Assembly: GCF_058153355.1 (NCBI RefSeq)
Contig: NZ_CM177019.1
Strand: one strand, 5' to 3'
DNA: 64,000 bases
Shown here: piece after piece, positions 37,703 through 49,159 of the stretch
Layout: the number at the start of each line of letters is the position of its first letter
Position numbering within the stretch: the stretch's first letter is position 1
Program-made: the position numbers and the translations under genes
Notes under the pieces: model-generated
Told to the model about the DNA's origin: nothing
Database searches by the model: none
Seen by the model: the letters and a program-made list of their open reading frames with translations, nothing else

Positions 37703-39328
37703 ATGAATATTTTCACAGAGGCTGCAAAACTTGAAGAGCAAAATTGTCCGTTTGCGATGGCGCAAATTGTTGATAGCCGAGGCTCGACTCCCCGCCATTC
37801 TGCACAAATGTTAGTGCGCGCCGATGGTTCTATCGTCGGTACAATTGGTGGTGGAATGGTTGAGCGGAAGGTGATTGAAGAGTCGCTTCAGGCATTGCAG
37901 GAACGTAAGCCGCGATTATTCCATGGACGTATGGCTCGTAACGGTGTGGATGCTGTCGGGTCAGATTGTGGAGGTGCAATGTCCGTGTTTATCAGCGTCC
38001 ATGGTATGCGTCCTCGTCTGGTGTTGATTGGCGCGGGGCATGTCAACCGGGCGATAGCCCAGAGTGCGGCGCTATTAGGATTTGATATTGCCGTTGCCGA
38101 TATTTATCGCGAAAGCCTTAATCCTGAATTATTCCCACCATCAACCACGCTTCTCCATGCTGAGTCGTTTGGTGCGGCAGTGGAAGCACTGGATATTCGC
38201 CCTGATAATTTTGTCCTGATTGCCACGAATAATCAGGATCGTGAAGCCCTCGACAAACTCATTGAACAGCCCATTGCATGGCTGGGGTTGCTGGCAAGTC
38301 GCCGCAAGGTTCAGCTTTTCCTACGTCAATTGCGTGAGAAAGGCGTGGCTGAAGAACATATTGCCCGTTTACATGCGCCCGTTGGTTACAACATAGGTGC
38401 GGAAACGCCGCAGGAGATCGCCATCAGCGTGCTGGCAGAAATATTACAGGTGAAAAATAACGCGCCGGGTGGGCTGATGATGAAACCTTCTCATCCTTCC
38501 GGACACCAGCTGGTGGTGATTCGCGGTGCGGGGGATATCGCCAGTGGTGTGGCGCTACGTCTGTATCATGCGGGTTTTAAAGTGATCATGCTGGAAGTGG
38601 AAAAACCGACAGTGATTCGTTGTACCGTGGCGTTTGCCCAGGCCGTGTTCGATGGCGAAATGACGGTCGAAGGCGTCACTGCCCGCCTGGCAACCAGCTC
38701 TGCGGAAGCGATGAAACTTACCGAACGCGGATTCATCACTGTGATGGTAGATCCCGCCTGTTCATTGCTTGATGAACTGAAACCGCTTTGCGTGGTGGAC
38801 GCTATTCTGGCGAAACAGAATTTGGGTACGCGGGCAGATATGGCACCAGTAACAATCGCGCTTGGGCCGGGCTTTACTGCTGGAAAGGATTGCCATGCGG
38901 TAATTGAAACAAATCGCGGGCACTGGCTCGGTCAGGTGATTTACTCTGGTTGTGCGCAGGAGAATACCGGTGTTCCCGGCAATATTATGGGGCATACCAC
39001 CCGACGGGTGATCCGTGCTCCTGCTGCAGGCATTATGCGATCCAACGTGAAATTAGGCGATCTGGTGAAAGAGGGCGATGTGATTGCCTGGATTGGTGAG
39101 CATGAAATTAAAGCACCGTTGACGGGGATGGTGCGTGGCTTGTTGAACGACGGACTGGCGGTGGTCGGTGGTTTTAAAATTGGTGATATCGATCCACGTG
39201 GTGAAACGGCTGATTTCACCAGCGTTTCTGATAAAGCCCGGGCAATTGGCGGCGGCGTACTTGAGGCGTTAATGATGTTGATGCATCAGGGCGTTAAAGC
39301 GACAAAAGAAGTGCTGGAAGTGGCTTAA
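37703..39328 (+). CDS. yqeB: XdhC/CoxI-family molybdenum cofactor insertion protein YqeB
   Basis: 541-aa ORF with two Rossmann-like GAG motifs; recognised as YqeB. Confidence 0.85.
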   Translation: MNIFTEAAKLEEQNCPFAMAQIVDSRGSTPRHSAQMLVRADGSIVGTIGGGMVERKVIEESLQALQERKPRLFHGRMARNGVDAVGSDCGGAMSVFISVHGMRPRLVLIGAGHVNRAIAQSAALLGFDIAVADIYRESLNPELFPPSTTLLHAESFGAAVEALDIRPDNFVLIATNNQDREALDKLIEQPIAWLGLLASRRKVQLFLRQLREKGVAEEHIARLHAPVGYNIGAETPQEIAISVLAEILQVKNNAPGGLMMKPSHPSGHQLVVIRGAGDIASGVALRLYHAGFKVIMLEVEKPTVIRCTVAFAQAVFDGEMTVEGVTARLATSSAEAMKLTERGFITVMVDPACSLLDELKPLCVVDAILAKQNLGTRADMAPVTIALGPGFTAGKDCHAVIETNRGHWLGQVIYSGCAQENTGVPGNIMGHTTRRVIRAPAAGIMRSNVKLGDLVKEGDVIAWIGEHEIKAPLTGMVRGLLNDGLAVVGGFKIGDIDPRGETADFTSVSDKARAIGGGVLEALMMLMHQGVKATKEVLEVA

Positions 39329-39368
39329 ATGAAAATGGCCGGATGGTATTACCCACCCGGCCTTTAAA

Positions 39369-40301
39369 TTACTGACAAATCACCGTTCCGGTTTTGCCTT
39401 CAATCCCTTCTTTCGCTTTGCTCAATACGGTAATCAGTGCTTCGCGTCCAGCGCGAGAGCGAGCAAACGAGGCGGCTGCTTCCACTTTAGGCAGCATAGA
39501 ACCTTTCGCAAAATGACCTTCTTCGATAAAGCGTTCAGCATCACTTAATGACAGGCGATCGAGCCACTGTTCGTTCTCTTTACCGAAGTTAATGGCCACT
39601 TTTTCTACCGCAGTCAGAATGATCAGCATATCGGCATCAATCATTTCTGCTAAACGGGCGCTGGCCCAGTCTTTATCAATAACCGCGCTGGCACCACGCA
39701 GATGGTTACCTTCACGAATAACAGGAATACCACCACCGCCAACGGTGATCACCACCTGGCCTGCTTCTACCAGCGCTTTTACCGTCTCTTTTTCAATGAT
39801 ATCAACCGGTTTTGGTGAAGCAACAACACGACGATAGCCGCGACCAGCATCTTCTTTCAGGGTGTAGCCCTGTTTTGTCAGAAGTTCAGCTTCCTGCTCG
39901 GTAAAGAACGAACCGATCGGTTTGGTCGGGTTGAGGAATGCCGGATCGTTAGCGTCGACTTCGACCTGGGTCACCAGAGTGACAACGGGTTTATGAATGC
40001 CACGGGAGAGCAACTCTTCCCTTAAGGCGTTTTGTAGATCGTAACCAATATAACCCTGGCTTAAGGCAACACAGACGGACATCGGCAGCATTGGCGAGTG
40101 CGCTTCAGTTTTTGCCGCGGCTTCAAAGGCCTGGTTAATCATGCCTACCTGCGGCCCGTTACCATGAGTGACGATGACCTCATGTCCCTGGGCAATTAAA
40201 TCAACAATTGCCTGAGACGTAATTTTTACCGCTTTCATTTGTCCGGCTAGATCGTCGCCCAGCGCATTCCCGCCCAGGGCGAGAACAATTTTCTTACTCA
40301 T
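39369..40301 (-). CDS. yqeA: carbamate kinase-like protein
   Basis: 310-aa ORF MSKKIVLALGGNALGDDLAG..., amino acid kinase family. Confidence 0.9.
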   Translation of the reverse strand: MSKKIVLALGGNALGDDLAGQMKAVKITSQAIVDLIAQGHEVIVTHGNGPQVGMINQAFEAAAKTEAHSPMLPMSVCVALSQGYIGYDLQNALREELLSRGIHKPVVTLVTQVEVDANDPAFLNPTKPIGSFFTEQEAELLTKQGYTLKEDAGRGYRRVVASPKPVDIIEKETVKALVEAGQVVITVGGGGIPVIREGNHLRGASAVIDKDWASARLAEMIDADMLIILTAVEKVAINFGKENEQWLDRLSLSDAERFIEEGHFAKGSMLPKVEAAASFARSRAGREALITVLSKAKEGIEGKTGTVICQ

Positions 40302-40348
40302 TTTTCCTCACTCATCATTCTTGATTGTGTATAGATCCCTGGCAGTGG

Positions 40349-41734
40349 TTAGAGCACGGGAGGGACAAACGGTTTGCGTCGCAGGAAACGACCTCGCCCG
40401 GCTTTGCCTGTAAAGGTGCCGTCACAGAAAATCGTTTCACCACGGGATAATGTTCTGACAATCGCGCCCTGACAGGTAAACCCCTCCCAGGGCGAGTAGT
40501 CGGCGTTGTCGTGGAGATGGCGATGCTGAATTTGTTGGCTCTGACGTGGGTCGATAATCACCACGTCACCATCGGAACCGGGTGCTAATATCCCTTTTTG
40601 CGGCCACAGGCCAAACAGCCTGGCGGGCATTGCGCTGGTTAGTTCAACAAAACGCTCCGGTGTGATACGTCCCGTCATCACGCCACTGGAAAACAGTAAC
40701 TGCATGCGGTTTTCCACACCGGGTAAGCCATTTGGGCAGCGACTGAAATCGCCTTTAGAAATTTGCAGGCGTTGAGCCATCGAGAAGGTGCAGTGATCGG
40801 TCGCCACCACGTCAATCGCACCATCGCTGATGCCACACCACAGTTTGTCCTGCTCGCGTACGTTACGCAGCGGTGGGCTAAGAATGAACTTCATGCCATC
40901 TTCTGTATCGTAACTGCGTTCGTCCAACAGGAGATATTGTGGGCAGGTTTCAACCCAGACTGGCTGGTGATTCGCACGGGCAAGACGCAGATAATCCAGA
41001 CCTAAGCCGTTAGAGAGGTGGACGATATAGAGCGGGGCGTTACCGGCAATTTGTGCCAGGTTAATCATGCGTGCGATGGCTTCCGCTTCGCATTCCAGAG
41101 GGCGACTCAAGGCGTGATAGCGCGGCGCGGTTAACCCTGCGGCAATAAACTCCGCCCGCTTGCTGGCGATAGCCGCGTCATTTTCCGGGTGCACGGTGGT
41201 CAGTGCGCCAGACTCATGCAAGCGGCGTAATGCCTGCAACACTTCATCATCGTTGAGTTTATATTGATAGGTTAAATAGAGTTTAAAACTGCTCAGCCCT
41301 TCTTCGACCATCATCGGAATTTCGTCGAGGATGGCGTGATTAATGTGCTGGATAACACCGTGAAAGCTGTAGTCAATAACCGCTTTATGGGCGGCATAGC
41401 CACGATAAACTTCCAGTTGATGGCGTAACCGGCAGCCATTTGGTCCAAATCCCATATGGTCAATAATGGTTGTTGTACCGCCACACGCAGCTGCGCGGGT
41501 ACCGGTAAAAAAATCATCACAACTGCGCGCGATGCCGACATCAATATTGAAGTGTGTATGGACATCTACGCCGCCAGGGAAAACGTAACAGCCAGTAGCA
41601 TCAATTTCTTCATAAGGGAGCTGCGGCGAAATATCGGTGCCCAACTGGCGAACAATCCCGCTTTCAATCAGCAAATCCTGTTTGGCTTGTCCATCTGCGT
41701 TAACGATAGTGCCGTTTTTGATCAATACGCGCAT
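40349..41734 (-). CDS. hyuA: D-phenylhydantoinase (dihydropyrimidinase family)
   Basis: ORF 40349..41746; start assigned to the internal Met (MRVLIKNGTIVNADGQ...), 461 aa, amidohydrolase HxH motif (DVHTHF). Confidence 0.9.
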   Translation of the reverse strand: MRVLIKNGTIVNADGQAKQDLLIESGIVRQLGTDISPQLPYEEIDATGCYVFPGGVDVHTHFNIDVGIARSCDDFFTGTRAAACGGTTTIIDHMGFGPNGCRLRHQLEVYRGYAAHKAVIDYSFHGVIQHINHAILDEIPMMVEEGLSSFKLYLTYQYKLNDDEVLQALRRLHESGALTTVHPENDAAIASKRAEFIAAGLTAPRYHALSRPLECEAEAIARMINLAQIAGNAPLYIVHLSNGLGLDYLRLARANHQPVWVETCPQYLLLDERSYDTEDGMKFILSPPLRNVREQDKLWCGISDGAIDVVATDHCTFSMAQRLQISKGDFSRCPNGLPGVENRMQLLFSSGVMTGRITPERFVELTSAMPARLFGLWPQKGILAPGSDGDVVIIDPRQSQQIQHRHLHDNADYSPWEGFTCQGAIVRTLSRGETIFCDGTFTGKAGRGRFLRRKPFVPPVL

Positions 41735-41786
41735 AGCAAACTCCAAAAACCCTCCGGCGAACCGGAGGGGAATAAGTGAAGAATAA

Positions 41787-42998
41787 TTATTCGGTTGCCA
41801 GCCAGCTTAACGGGATTGCAGCGTACATAGCGGCACAGGTCACCAGGTGAGATTTCCAGGTTTTTTCGTTAGGTGCGTGCGCTTCAGGTTCTTTACCAGG
41901 GCCAAAACCGATCACCGGAATGCCGTGACGACCCATGATGGAGACGCCGTTAGTTGAGAAGGTCCACTTATCAACAACCGGCGCTTTGCCAAACAGCCCT
42001 TCGTAGGCGTTTACCAGGGCTTTAACAGTGAAGTGATCTTCTTCCACTTTCCAGGTCGGGAAGTAGCATTCGGTTGGGTAAACCAGGCCAGTCCAGGAAG
42101 GACGGTCGTAGTTGTACATAGAAACAACCGCGTTAGCTTTCTGTACCGCAGGCAGGGCGCGGATTTCGTCCAGCGCGCCTTCCCAGGTTTCGCCCCAGGT
42201 CAGACGACGGTCAATTGAAACTGCGCAGCTGTCTGCTACAGCGCAACGGCTTGGAGATGTGAAGAAGATTTCAGAAACGGTGAGGGTGCCTTTGCCGAGG
42301 AATTCGTCATAGCCCAGGCGCTGGGAGAGTTCCTGCAATTCGCCAAGAATCGGACCCATTTTGAAAATGGCGTTATCACCGCGTTCTGGCGCAGAGCCGT
42401 GGCAGCTAACGCCCTGAACATCAATGCGAATTTCCATACGACCGCGTTGACCACGATATACCTGGCAGTCGGTTGGTTCGGTACTGACCACAAATTCCGG
42501 GCGAATGCCAGATTGTTCAATAATGTACTGCCAGCACAGACCGTCGCAGTCTTCTTCCTGCACAGTGCCGGTGACCAGCAGGGTGTATTCATCTTCCAGA
42601 CCGAGGTCTTTAATGATTTTACCGGCATAAACCATAGATGCCATGCCGCCTTCCTGGTCGGAAGTACCACGGCCGCCGATCAGCTCATCAGTTTCCATGC
42701 CTTCGTACGGATCGAAGTCCCAGTTTTTGATGTTGCCAATGCCGACGGTGTCGATATGCGCGTCCATCGCCACCAGACGCGGGCCGTGACCGATATAACC
42801 GAGCACGTTGCCCATCGGGTCGATTTCAACTTTATCGAAGCCGACTTTTTCCATCTCTTCTTTAATACGATGCACTACGCGTTTTTCGTCGCAGCTTTCG
42901 CTGGGGATCGCAACCATGTCGCGCAGGAAGCGAGTCATGTCTGCCTGGTAATCTTTTGCTTTTTCAAGAATCAGTTTGAATGGAATATTCTTAGCCAT
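41787..42998 (-). CDS. ygeY: M20-family peptidase/amidohydrolase YgeY
   Basis: 403-aa [30 protein letters not shown]... Confidence 0.9.
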
Positions 42999-43055
42999 TA
43001 TTTTTCTCCAGATTTTTTACTCCCCGTTTGGCGGGGAGCAGTTCCAATAGGGTGA

Positions 43056-44252
43056 TTAAGGTGCTACAGAGTGTTTGCCTTCCCAGACAACTTCGCGGTA
43101 GTGCTTCACGTCGGTGTCGCCTTCAGTGCTGATAACCAGCACCACTGCATCTTTGTTCAGCGCCAGTTTTTCCATCAGGCTTTGACGTTGCGGGTGATAA
43201 TGAACCGCCGCGAGAACGCCTAAACCGACAGCGCCGGATTCACCGGAGATGATGCGCGGGTCGTTGCCGTACGGATTACCCAGCACGCGCATACCTAATG
43301 CGGCAACGCTGTCCTGGCAGGAGATGAATTGGGTGGCGCAGTTACGTAGGATTTCCCAGCCCAGTGGGTTAGGTTCGCCGCAAGCCAGGCCCGCCATGAT
43401 AGTGGCCATATCGCCGCCAACGTTGACGATGTCGCCTTTGACACCAGAACGATAGATACAGTCAGCTTTGTCAGGTTCAACAATAATGCTGTGCAGATTT
43501 TGCGGGCTGTAGACGTCGACCAGATAACCCAGCACACCACCGGCCATAGCACCGACACCGGCTTGCAGCAGAACGTGCGTCGGGGTTACGCCCATTTCAC
43601 GCATTTGCTCTACGGCTTCATCTGCCAGGGTGGCGTAACCTTGCATGATCCAGGTTGGGATTTTGGTGTAGCCTTCCCTGGCGGTATCTTGCACCACTTC
43701 CCAGCCGTGTTGCTGCGCGTGTTGCATGGTCAGACGAACGGTATCGTCATAGTTCATATCAGTGACGATGCACTCGGCTCCGAGGTTCAGAATGGCGTCA
43801 ACGCGTTCCTGAGCGGAACCTTTCGGCATGTAAATTACCGCGTTCTGACCGAGTTGCTGTGCTGCCCAGGCAACACCGCGCCCGTGGTTGCCGTCGGTCG
43901 TTGTAGCAAATGTCATTTTTTCGCCGATGGCATTTTTCAGATGCTCGAATGACAGTGTTTCGATATCAAGATGATATTTTTCGCACAACAACTGAGCGAT
44001 GGCATATGCGCCGCCGAGCATTTTGAATGCGTTCAGACCGAATCGTTTTGATTCGTCCTTAACGAGAATTTTTTTTACCCCAAAAAGGTTTGCGAGATCG
44101 TCCAGCGCGCAAAGTGGTGTTGGGCGATAGCCAGCAATTTTCTGGTGGAACTGGCGCGCCAGTTTTGCCTGGCTTTGCGAAAAGAGCGGTGATGTTTCGC
44201 CGTTGAAAAATTTGTTATCGGCGATATCAATCTTCAATGAGAAAACGGACAT
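43056..44252 (-). CDS. dpaL: 2,3-diaminopropionate ammonia-lyase (PLP-dependent)
   Basis: 398-aa ORF recognised as YgeX; PLP fold type II. Confidence 0.9.
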   Translation of the reverse strand: MSVFSLKIDIADNKFFNGETSPLFSQSQAKLARQFHQKIAGYRPTPLCALDDLANLFGVKKILVKDESKRFGLNAFKMLGGAYAIAQLLCEKYHLDIETLSFEHLKNAIGEKMTFATTTDGNHGRGVAWAAQQLGQNAVIYMPKGSAQERVDAILNLGAECIVTDMNYDDTVRLTMQHAQQHGWEVVQDTAREGYTKIPTWIMQGYATLADEAVEQMREMGVTPTHVLLQAGVGAMAGGVLGYLVDVYSPQNLHSIIVEPDKADCIYRSGVKGDIVNVGGDMATIMAGLACGEPNPLGWEILRNCATQFISCQDSVAALGMRVLGNPYGNDPRIISGESGAVGLGVLAAVHYHPQRQSLMEKLALNKDAVVLVISTEGDTDVKHYREVVWEGKHSVAP

Positions 44253-44310
44253 ATCCTATCCTTTTGGCCTCTGGAAATAGAGAGCCGACCTGTCGATCGG
44301 CCCGAGGGGG

Positions 44311-45501
44311 TTATTTCACGCGTTCTTGCGCTTCTTTCAGCAGTTGTTCGAGCAGTGCGCCTGGTTTGGAATATTTACGGGAAAGGATCATTGCTGCGAT
44401 GATGTATGGCTTCCAGCTGGCTTCTTTGTAGGTCGCGATACGGTATTTTTCGAATACGCCTTCAGTGACTTCACCTTCTTTGCAGGATACGCCGCTGATA
44501 TCTGCTGGCAGGCAGTGCATGTACAGGGCTTCGCCATCACGGGTCAGTTCCATCATCTCTTCAGTGCAATGCCAGTCTTTGTGTTGCGCGTTCTGTGCCA
44601 GACACTGTTTTTCCAGTGCTTTTAAGCCTTCGTGATCGTTCGCACGCAGCAGTTCAGTACGCTCTTCCATCACTTTGTAAGGTGCCCATGACTTCGGATA
44701 AACGATGTCTGCGTCTTTGAAGGCTTCTTCCATGCTGGTGACCTGACGGAAGCTACCGCCAGAGGCTTTAGCATTATTTTTCGCTACTTCAACTACATCC
44801 GGGATCAAATCGTAGCCTTCCGGATGGGCCAGGGTGACGTCCATACCGAAGCGGGTCATCAGGCCGATAATGCCTTGCGGTACAGAGAGCGGTTTGCCGT
44901 AGCTTGGGGAGTATGCCCAGGTCATGGCGATTTTTTTACCTTTCAGGTTTTCGAGCGAACCAAAGTGTTCACGCAACCATGCCAGGTCAGCCATTGACTG
45001 AGTCGGATGGTCGATATCGCATTGCAGGTTCACTAAAGCCGGACGCTGTGGAAGCACGCCCTGCTTGTAGCCGTCATCAAGCGCAGCGCCAACTTCACGC
45101 ATATAGGCGTTACCTGCGCCCAGATACATATCGTCACGAATACCAATAGCGTCGGCGCAGAAGGAGATCATATTGGCGGTTTCACGTACGGTTTCGCCGT
45201 GAGCGATTTGTGATTTGCCTTCGTCGAGATCTTGCTGTGCAAGGCCGAGCAGGTTAAGCGCGGAAGCATAAGAGAAGCGGGTACGGGTGGAGTTGTCGCG
45301 GAATACGGAAATACCTAATCCACTATTAAAGACTTTGGTTGAGATGTTTTCAGCACGCAGTGCTTTTAATGCTGCGGCAACGTCCAGTACTTGTTTCAGT
45401 TCATCAGGCGTCTGTTCCCACGTTAACAAAAAATCTTTCTCGTGAAGGTGAGAGGTCAGCGAATTGATATCCTTAATCAGCTCATTAACAGTTTTCATCA
45501 T
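44311..45501 (-). CDS. ygeW: carbamoyltransferase YgeW (aspartate/ornithine carbamoyltransferase family)
   Basis: 396-aa ORF with STRTR carbamoyl-phosphate-binding motif. Confidence 0.9.
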   Translation of the reverse strand: MMKTVNELIKDINSLTSHLHEKDFLLTWEQTPDELKQVLDVAAALKALRAENISTKVFNSGLGISVFRDNSTRTRFSYASALNLLGLAQQDLDEGKSQIAHGETVRETANMISFCADAIGIRDDMYLGAGNAYMREVGAALDDGYKQGVLPQRPALVNLQCDIDHPTQSMADLAWLREHFGSLENLKGKKIAMTWAYSPSYGKPLSVPQGIIGLMTRFGMDVTLAHPEGYDLIPDVVEVAKNNAKASGGSFRQVTSMEEAFKDADIVYPKSWAPYKVMEERTELLRANDHEGLKALEKQCLAQNAQHKDWHCTEEMMELTRDGEALYMHCLPADISGVSCKEGEVTEGVFEKYRIATYKEASWKPYIIAAMILSRKYSKPGALLEQLLKEAQERVK

Positions 45502-45976
45502 AAAGTCCCGGTAGTGGAATGACAGGCAAAGTGGTTTATTTCACTGTGACTTGCCAAAGTGATTGGTGTTTTCACAGCTATACCAGGGACTAACAATAAG
45601 TGTGCCAGAATTATCCACGCGGCTATAAAAGACTAATTTGACGGGTAATGTGTGGTGTAGATCACAAATTGATGCCAGCTTCCGGTTGTGTGTAAAATAC
45701 GAAAACGTTTGGCTTTTTTTATTGCGTTGTTTATTTGCTGCTAAGTATCAGAAATAAGATAAAGGGGCAGGCTATCCCTCGTCAGTTTGATAAACTCACC
45801 GCTGTAATTCTCATATTGATATAGAAATGTGATATCTCTTCCATAATTTCATTAGAAAGTGATAAAAACCTTATGTTTTTATCAAAGCCAATTTCGCCTG
45901 AGTTAATATCATGATGATCTGTGAACCATCAACGTCTTCAATGATCGACTTTTAAGTAAGTCTGGAAGGTAAAGCT

Positions 45977-47755
45977 ATGGAGCTTGCTACTACGCAGTCA
46001 GTATTGATGCAAATTCAACCGACAATTCAGCGTTTTGCCAGAATGCTTGCCAGCGTTTTGCAGCTTGAGGTTGAGATCGTTGATGAAAACTTGTGTCGCG
46101 TCGCCGGAACGGGCGCGTATGGGAAGTTTCTTGGCCGCCAGTTGAGCGGCAACTCACGCCTGCTCCGCCACGTCCTGGAAACGAAAACTGAAAAAGTTGT
46201 GACACAGTCTCGCTTCGATCCCCTTTGCGAAGGTTGCGATAATAAAGATAATTGTCGCGAAAAAGCATTTCTGGGTACGCCTGTCATTTTACAGGATCGT
46301 TGTGTTGGGGTGATAAGTTTGATTGCAGTTACCCACGAGCAACAAGAACATATCAGTGATAATTTACGCGAGTTTTCTGATTACGTTCGCCATATATCCA
46401 CCATTTTTGTTTCGAAACTTCTGGAAGATCAGGGACCAGGAGATAACATCAGTAAAATATTTGCGACCATGATCGATAATATGGATCAGGGCGTTTTAGT
46501 TGTTGATGACGAAAATCGGGTTCAGTTTGTTAATCAGACTGCCTTAAAAACACTCGGTGTTGTGCAAAATAATATTATTGGGAAACCTATTCGTTTCAGA
46601 CCATTAACATTTGAGAGTAATTTTACCCATGGACATATGCAGCATATTGTTTCGTGGGACGATAAAAGTGAATTAATCATTGGTCAATTACATAACATTC
46701 AGGGCCGACAATTATTTTTAATGGCGTTTCACCAATCGCATACCAGTTTTTCTGTAGCAAATGCACCTGATGAACCGCATATTGAACAATTGGTTGGCGA
46801 GTGCCGTGTTATGCGGCAATTAAAACGACTCATTAGCCGTATTGCACCCAGCCCATCCAGCGTTATGGTGGTTGGTGAAAGCGGCACGGGTAAAGAAGTC
46901 GTCGCGCGTGCAATCCATAAGTTGAGTGGAAGACGAAATAAACCCTTTATTGCTATCAACTGTGCCGCGATTCCTGAACAACTTCTGGAGAGCGAACTAT
47001 TCGGTTATGTTAAAGGCGCATTTACTGGCGCTTCAGCCAACGGTAAAACAGGGTTGATTCAGGCGGCGAATACGGGCACGCTGTTTCTCGATGAAATTGG
47101 TGATATGCCATTAATGTTGCAGGCTAAATTACTGCGCGCTATTGAGGCGCGTGAAATACTGCCGATTGGTGCCAGTAGCCCAATTCAGGTCGACATCCGT
47201 ATCATTTCTGCAACTAACCAGAATTTGGCCCAGTTCATCGCCGAAGGTAAATTCCGCGAAGATCTCTTCTACCGACTTAATGTTATCCCGATCACTCTTC
47301 CACCGCTGCGTGAACGTCAGGAAGATATTGAACTGCTGGTACATTACTTTTTACATCTGCATACCCGTCGTCTGGGATCGGTTTATCCGGGTATTGCTCC
47401 CGATGTCGTCGAGATATTGCGTAAGCATCGTTGGCCCGGAAACCTGCGCGAGTTAAGCAATTTAATGGAATATCTGGTTAACGTTGTTCCTTCAGGTGAA
47501 GTTATCGACAGCACGCTATTGCCGCCAAATTTGCTGAATAATGGCACAACAGAGCAAAGTGATGTAACAGAGGTCAGCGAGGCGCACTTGACACTCGATG
47601 ATGCGGGCGGCACGGCGCTGGAGGAGATGGAAAAGCAAATGATCCGCGAGGCACTTTCACGTCATAACAGCAAGAAGCAAGTTGCTGATGAACTGGGTAT
47701 CGGCATTGCTACGCTCTATCGCAAGATAAAGAAATATGAGTTGTTAAACGCATAA
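45977..47755 (+). CDS. ygeV: sigma-54-dependent transcriptional activator YgeV
   Basis: 592-aa ORF with AAA+ sigma54-interaction domain (VVGESGTGKEVVARAIH, GAFTGA) and C-terminal HTH. Confidence 0.92.
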   Translation: MELATTQSVLMQIQPTIQRFARMLASVLQLEVEIVDENLCRVAGTGAYGKFLGRQLSGNSRLLRHVLETKTEKVVTQSRFDPLCEGCDNKDNCREKAFLGTPVILQDRCVGVISLIAVTHEQQEHISDNLREFSDYVRHISTIFVSKLLEDQGPGDNISKIFATMIDNMDQGVLVVDDENRVQFVNQTALKTLGVVQNNIIGKPIRFRPLTFESNFTHGHMQHIVSWDDKSELIIGQLHNIQGRQLFLMAFHQSHTSFSVANAPDEPHIEQLVGECRVMRQLKRLISRIAPSPSSVMVVGESGTGKEVVARAIHKLSGRRNKPFIAINCAAIPEQLLESELFGYVKGAFTGASANGKTGLIQAANTGTLFLDEIGDMPLMLQAKLLRAIEAREILPIGASSPIQVDIRIISATNQNLAQFIAEGKFREDLFYRLNVIPITLPPLRERQEDIELLVHYFLHLHTRRLGSVYPGIAPDVVEILRKHRWPGNLRELSNLMEYLVNVVPSGEVIDSTLLPPNLLNNGTTEQSDVTEVSEAHLTLDDAGGTALEEMEKQMIREALSRHNSKKQVADELGIGIATLYRKIKKYELLNA

Positions 47756-47765
47756 CCTCAGTAAA

Positions 47766-47789
47766 TCCGGCCTGAGTTCAGGCCGGATA
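47766..47789. terminator. bidirectional terminator-like hairpin between convergent ygeV and xdhC
   Basis: ccggcctgagttcaggccgg (8-bp GC-rich stem) located between the ygeV stop (47755) and the xdhC stop (47795). Confidence 0.5.
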
Positions 47790-47794
47790 TCCTT

Positions 47795-48274
47795 TTACTT
47801 CGTTTTCTCGCAATCCAGAACTGTATTTACAATCATCTGATACCCCGTGCAGCGACAAAGATTTCCCGCCAGGCCGCGACGAATCTCCGTAATAGTTAAT
47901 GGCTTCTCGCGTGGTTTCGCCAGCATTGCCGTGGTAGCCATAATCAGGCCAGGCGTACAAAACCCGCACTGCACCGCGCCGGATTTCGCATAAGCTTGCT
48001 GGACATGAGAAAGTTTTCCGCCTTTCGCTTCACCTTCCAGCGTGCGGATTTCTTTGCCTTCAGCCCAGGCGGCAAGGTATAAGCAACTGTCTATCGCAGT
48101 ACCGTCGACCAGCACCGTACAGGCACCACATTCACCCACGCAGCAACCTTGCTTGACGCTTAGCAGTCCTTGTTCGCGGAGTAATTCCGAGAGCGGCGTG
48201 CCTGGCGCGGCGTGAAGCTGAAAAGGTATCTCGTTAATGGTGCATTCGATGGTAATTGTTTCGCTGTGATTCAT
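47795..48274 (-). CDS. xdhC: xanthine dehydrogenase Fe-S binding subunit (2Fe-2S)
   Basis: 159-aa ORF with CxxGxCGxC and CxxC 2Fe-2S motifs. Confidence 0.92.
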   Translation of the reverse strand: MNHSETITIECTINEIPFQLHAAPGTPLSELLREQGLLSVKQGCCVGECGACTVLVDGTAIDSCLYLAAWAEGKEIRTLEGEAKGGKLSHVQQAYAKSGAVQCGFCTPGLIMATTAMLAKPREKPLTITEIRRGLAGNLCRCTGYQMIVNTVLDCEKTK

Positions 48275-49149
48275 TGCAATTTTCCCCCCGCCGCGGCGAC
48301 GGCTTCACTAATCACTTTTTTGGTCATCGTCTGGATGAGATGCAGACGAAACTCTTTGCTGGCCCGCCATGATGAACGCGGGGCGACATCCTGCAGGACT
48401 GATTCGCTGATGGCTTCCAGCGTTTGCAGGTTTAATGGCGCATTTTGTGCAGTTTGTTCGGCATGTTGGCAGCGAATCGGCGTTGGCGCGGCAACGCCAA
48501 ATGCCAGGCGTAATTCGCTGAAATTGCCGTTATCCAGTCGGCAATGTGCGGCACAGCCAATCGTTGAAATATCCATCGCATCGCGCATGGCATATTTGAA
48601 ATGCGCGCTGCCTGCGTGTTCTTTCGGCTGGGGCGGAAAATGAAAGGCGACAAGGATTTCGTCATGCTCAAGGGACACTTTGCCCGGTCCGGTGTGGAAG
48701 CCATTAATCGGGACGAAATGAACACCGCGCGGGGAGTGGATCTCCAGCTTCGCATCATAAATTAGCGTTGGCGTGGCAGAATCCGCGCTGGTGGCTCCGT
48801 TGCAAATATTTCCTCCGTAGGTAGCGACGTTACGGATCTGCGGCCCGGCAATGGATGATGCCGCAGCACATAATGCCGGGAGATGACGTTGAGTTACAGG
48901 ATCTTCAATGAGCTGGGTAAATGTCGTTGCTGAGCCGATGCGTAGCGAGTCATCTTCCGCTAGCGTAATTCCACGAAGCTCCGTCAGATTGTGGATATCA
49001 ACAATATGGCGATAACGGTCATTGTGATGGTGGAGCTGAATCAGTACGTCAGTGCCACCGGCGAGCAGTTTGGCCTGCGGGTTGTCAGCCAGCAGGTTGA
49101 TGGCATCGGCAAGGGTTGCTGCGCGATGGTAAGAAGCAAAATCAAACAT
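48271..49149 (-). CDS. xdhB: xanthine dehydrogenase FAD-binding subunit
   Basis: 292-aa ORF; start overlaps the xdhC end. Confidence 0.92.
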   Translation of the reverse strand: MFDFASYHRAATLADAINLLADNPQAKLLAGGTDVLIQLHHHNDRYRHIVDIHNLTELRGITLAEDDSLRIGSATTFTQLIEDPVTQRHLPALCAAASSIAGPQIRNVATYGGNICNGATSADSATPTLIYDAKLEIHSPRGVHFVPINGFHTGPGKVSLEHDEILVAFHFPPQPKEHAGSAHFKYAMRDAMDISTIGCAAHCRLDNGNFSELRLAFGVAAPTPIRCQHAEQTAQNAPLNLQTLEAISESVLQDVAPRSSWRASKEFRLHLIQTMTKKVISEAVAAAGGKLQ

Positions 49150-49159
49150 GATGTTATCC

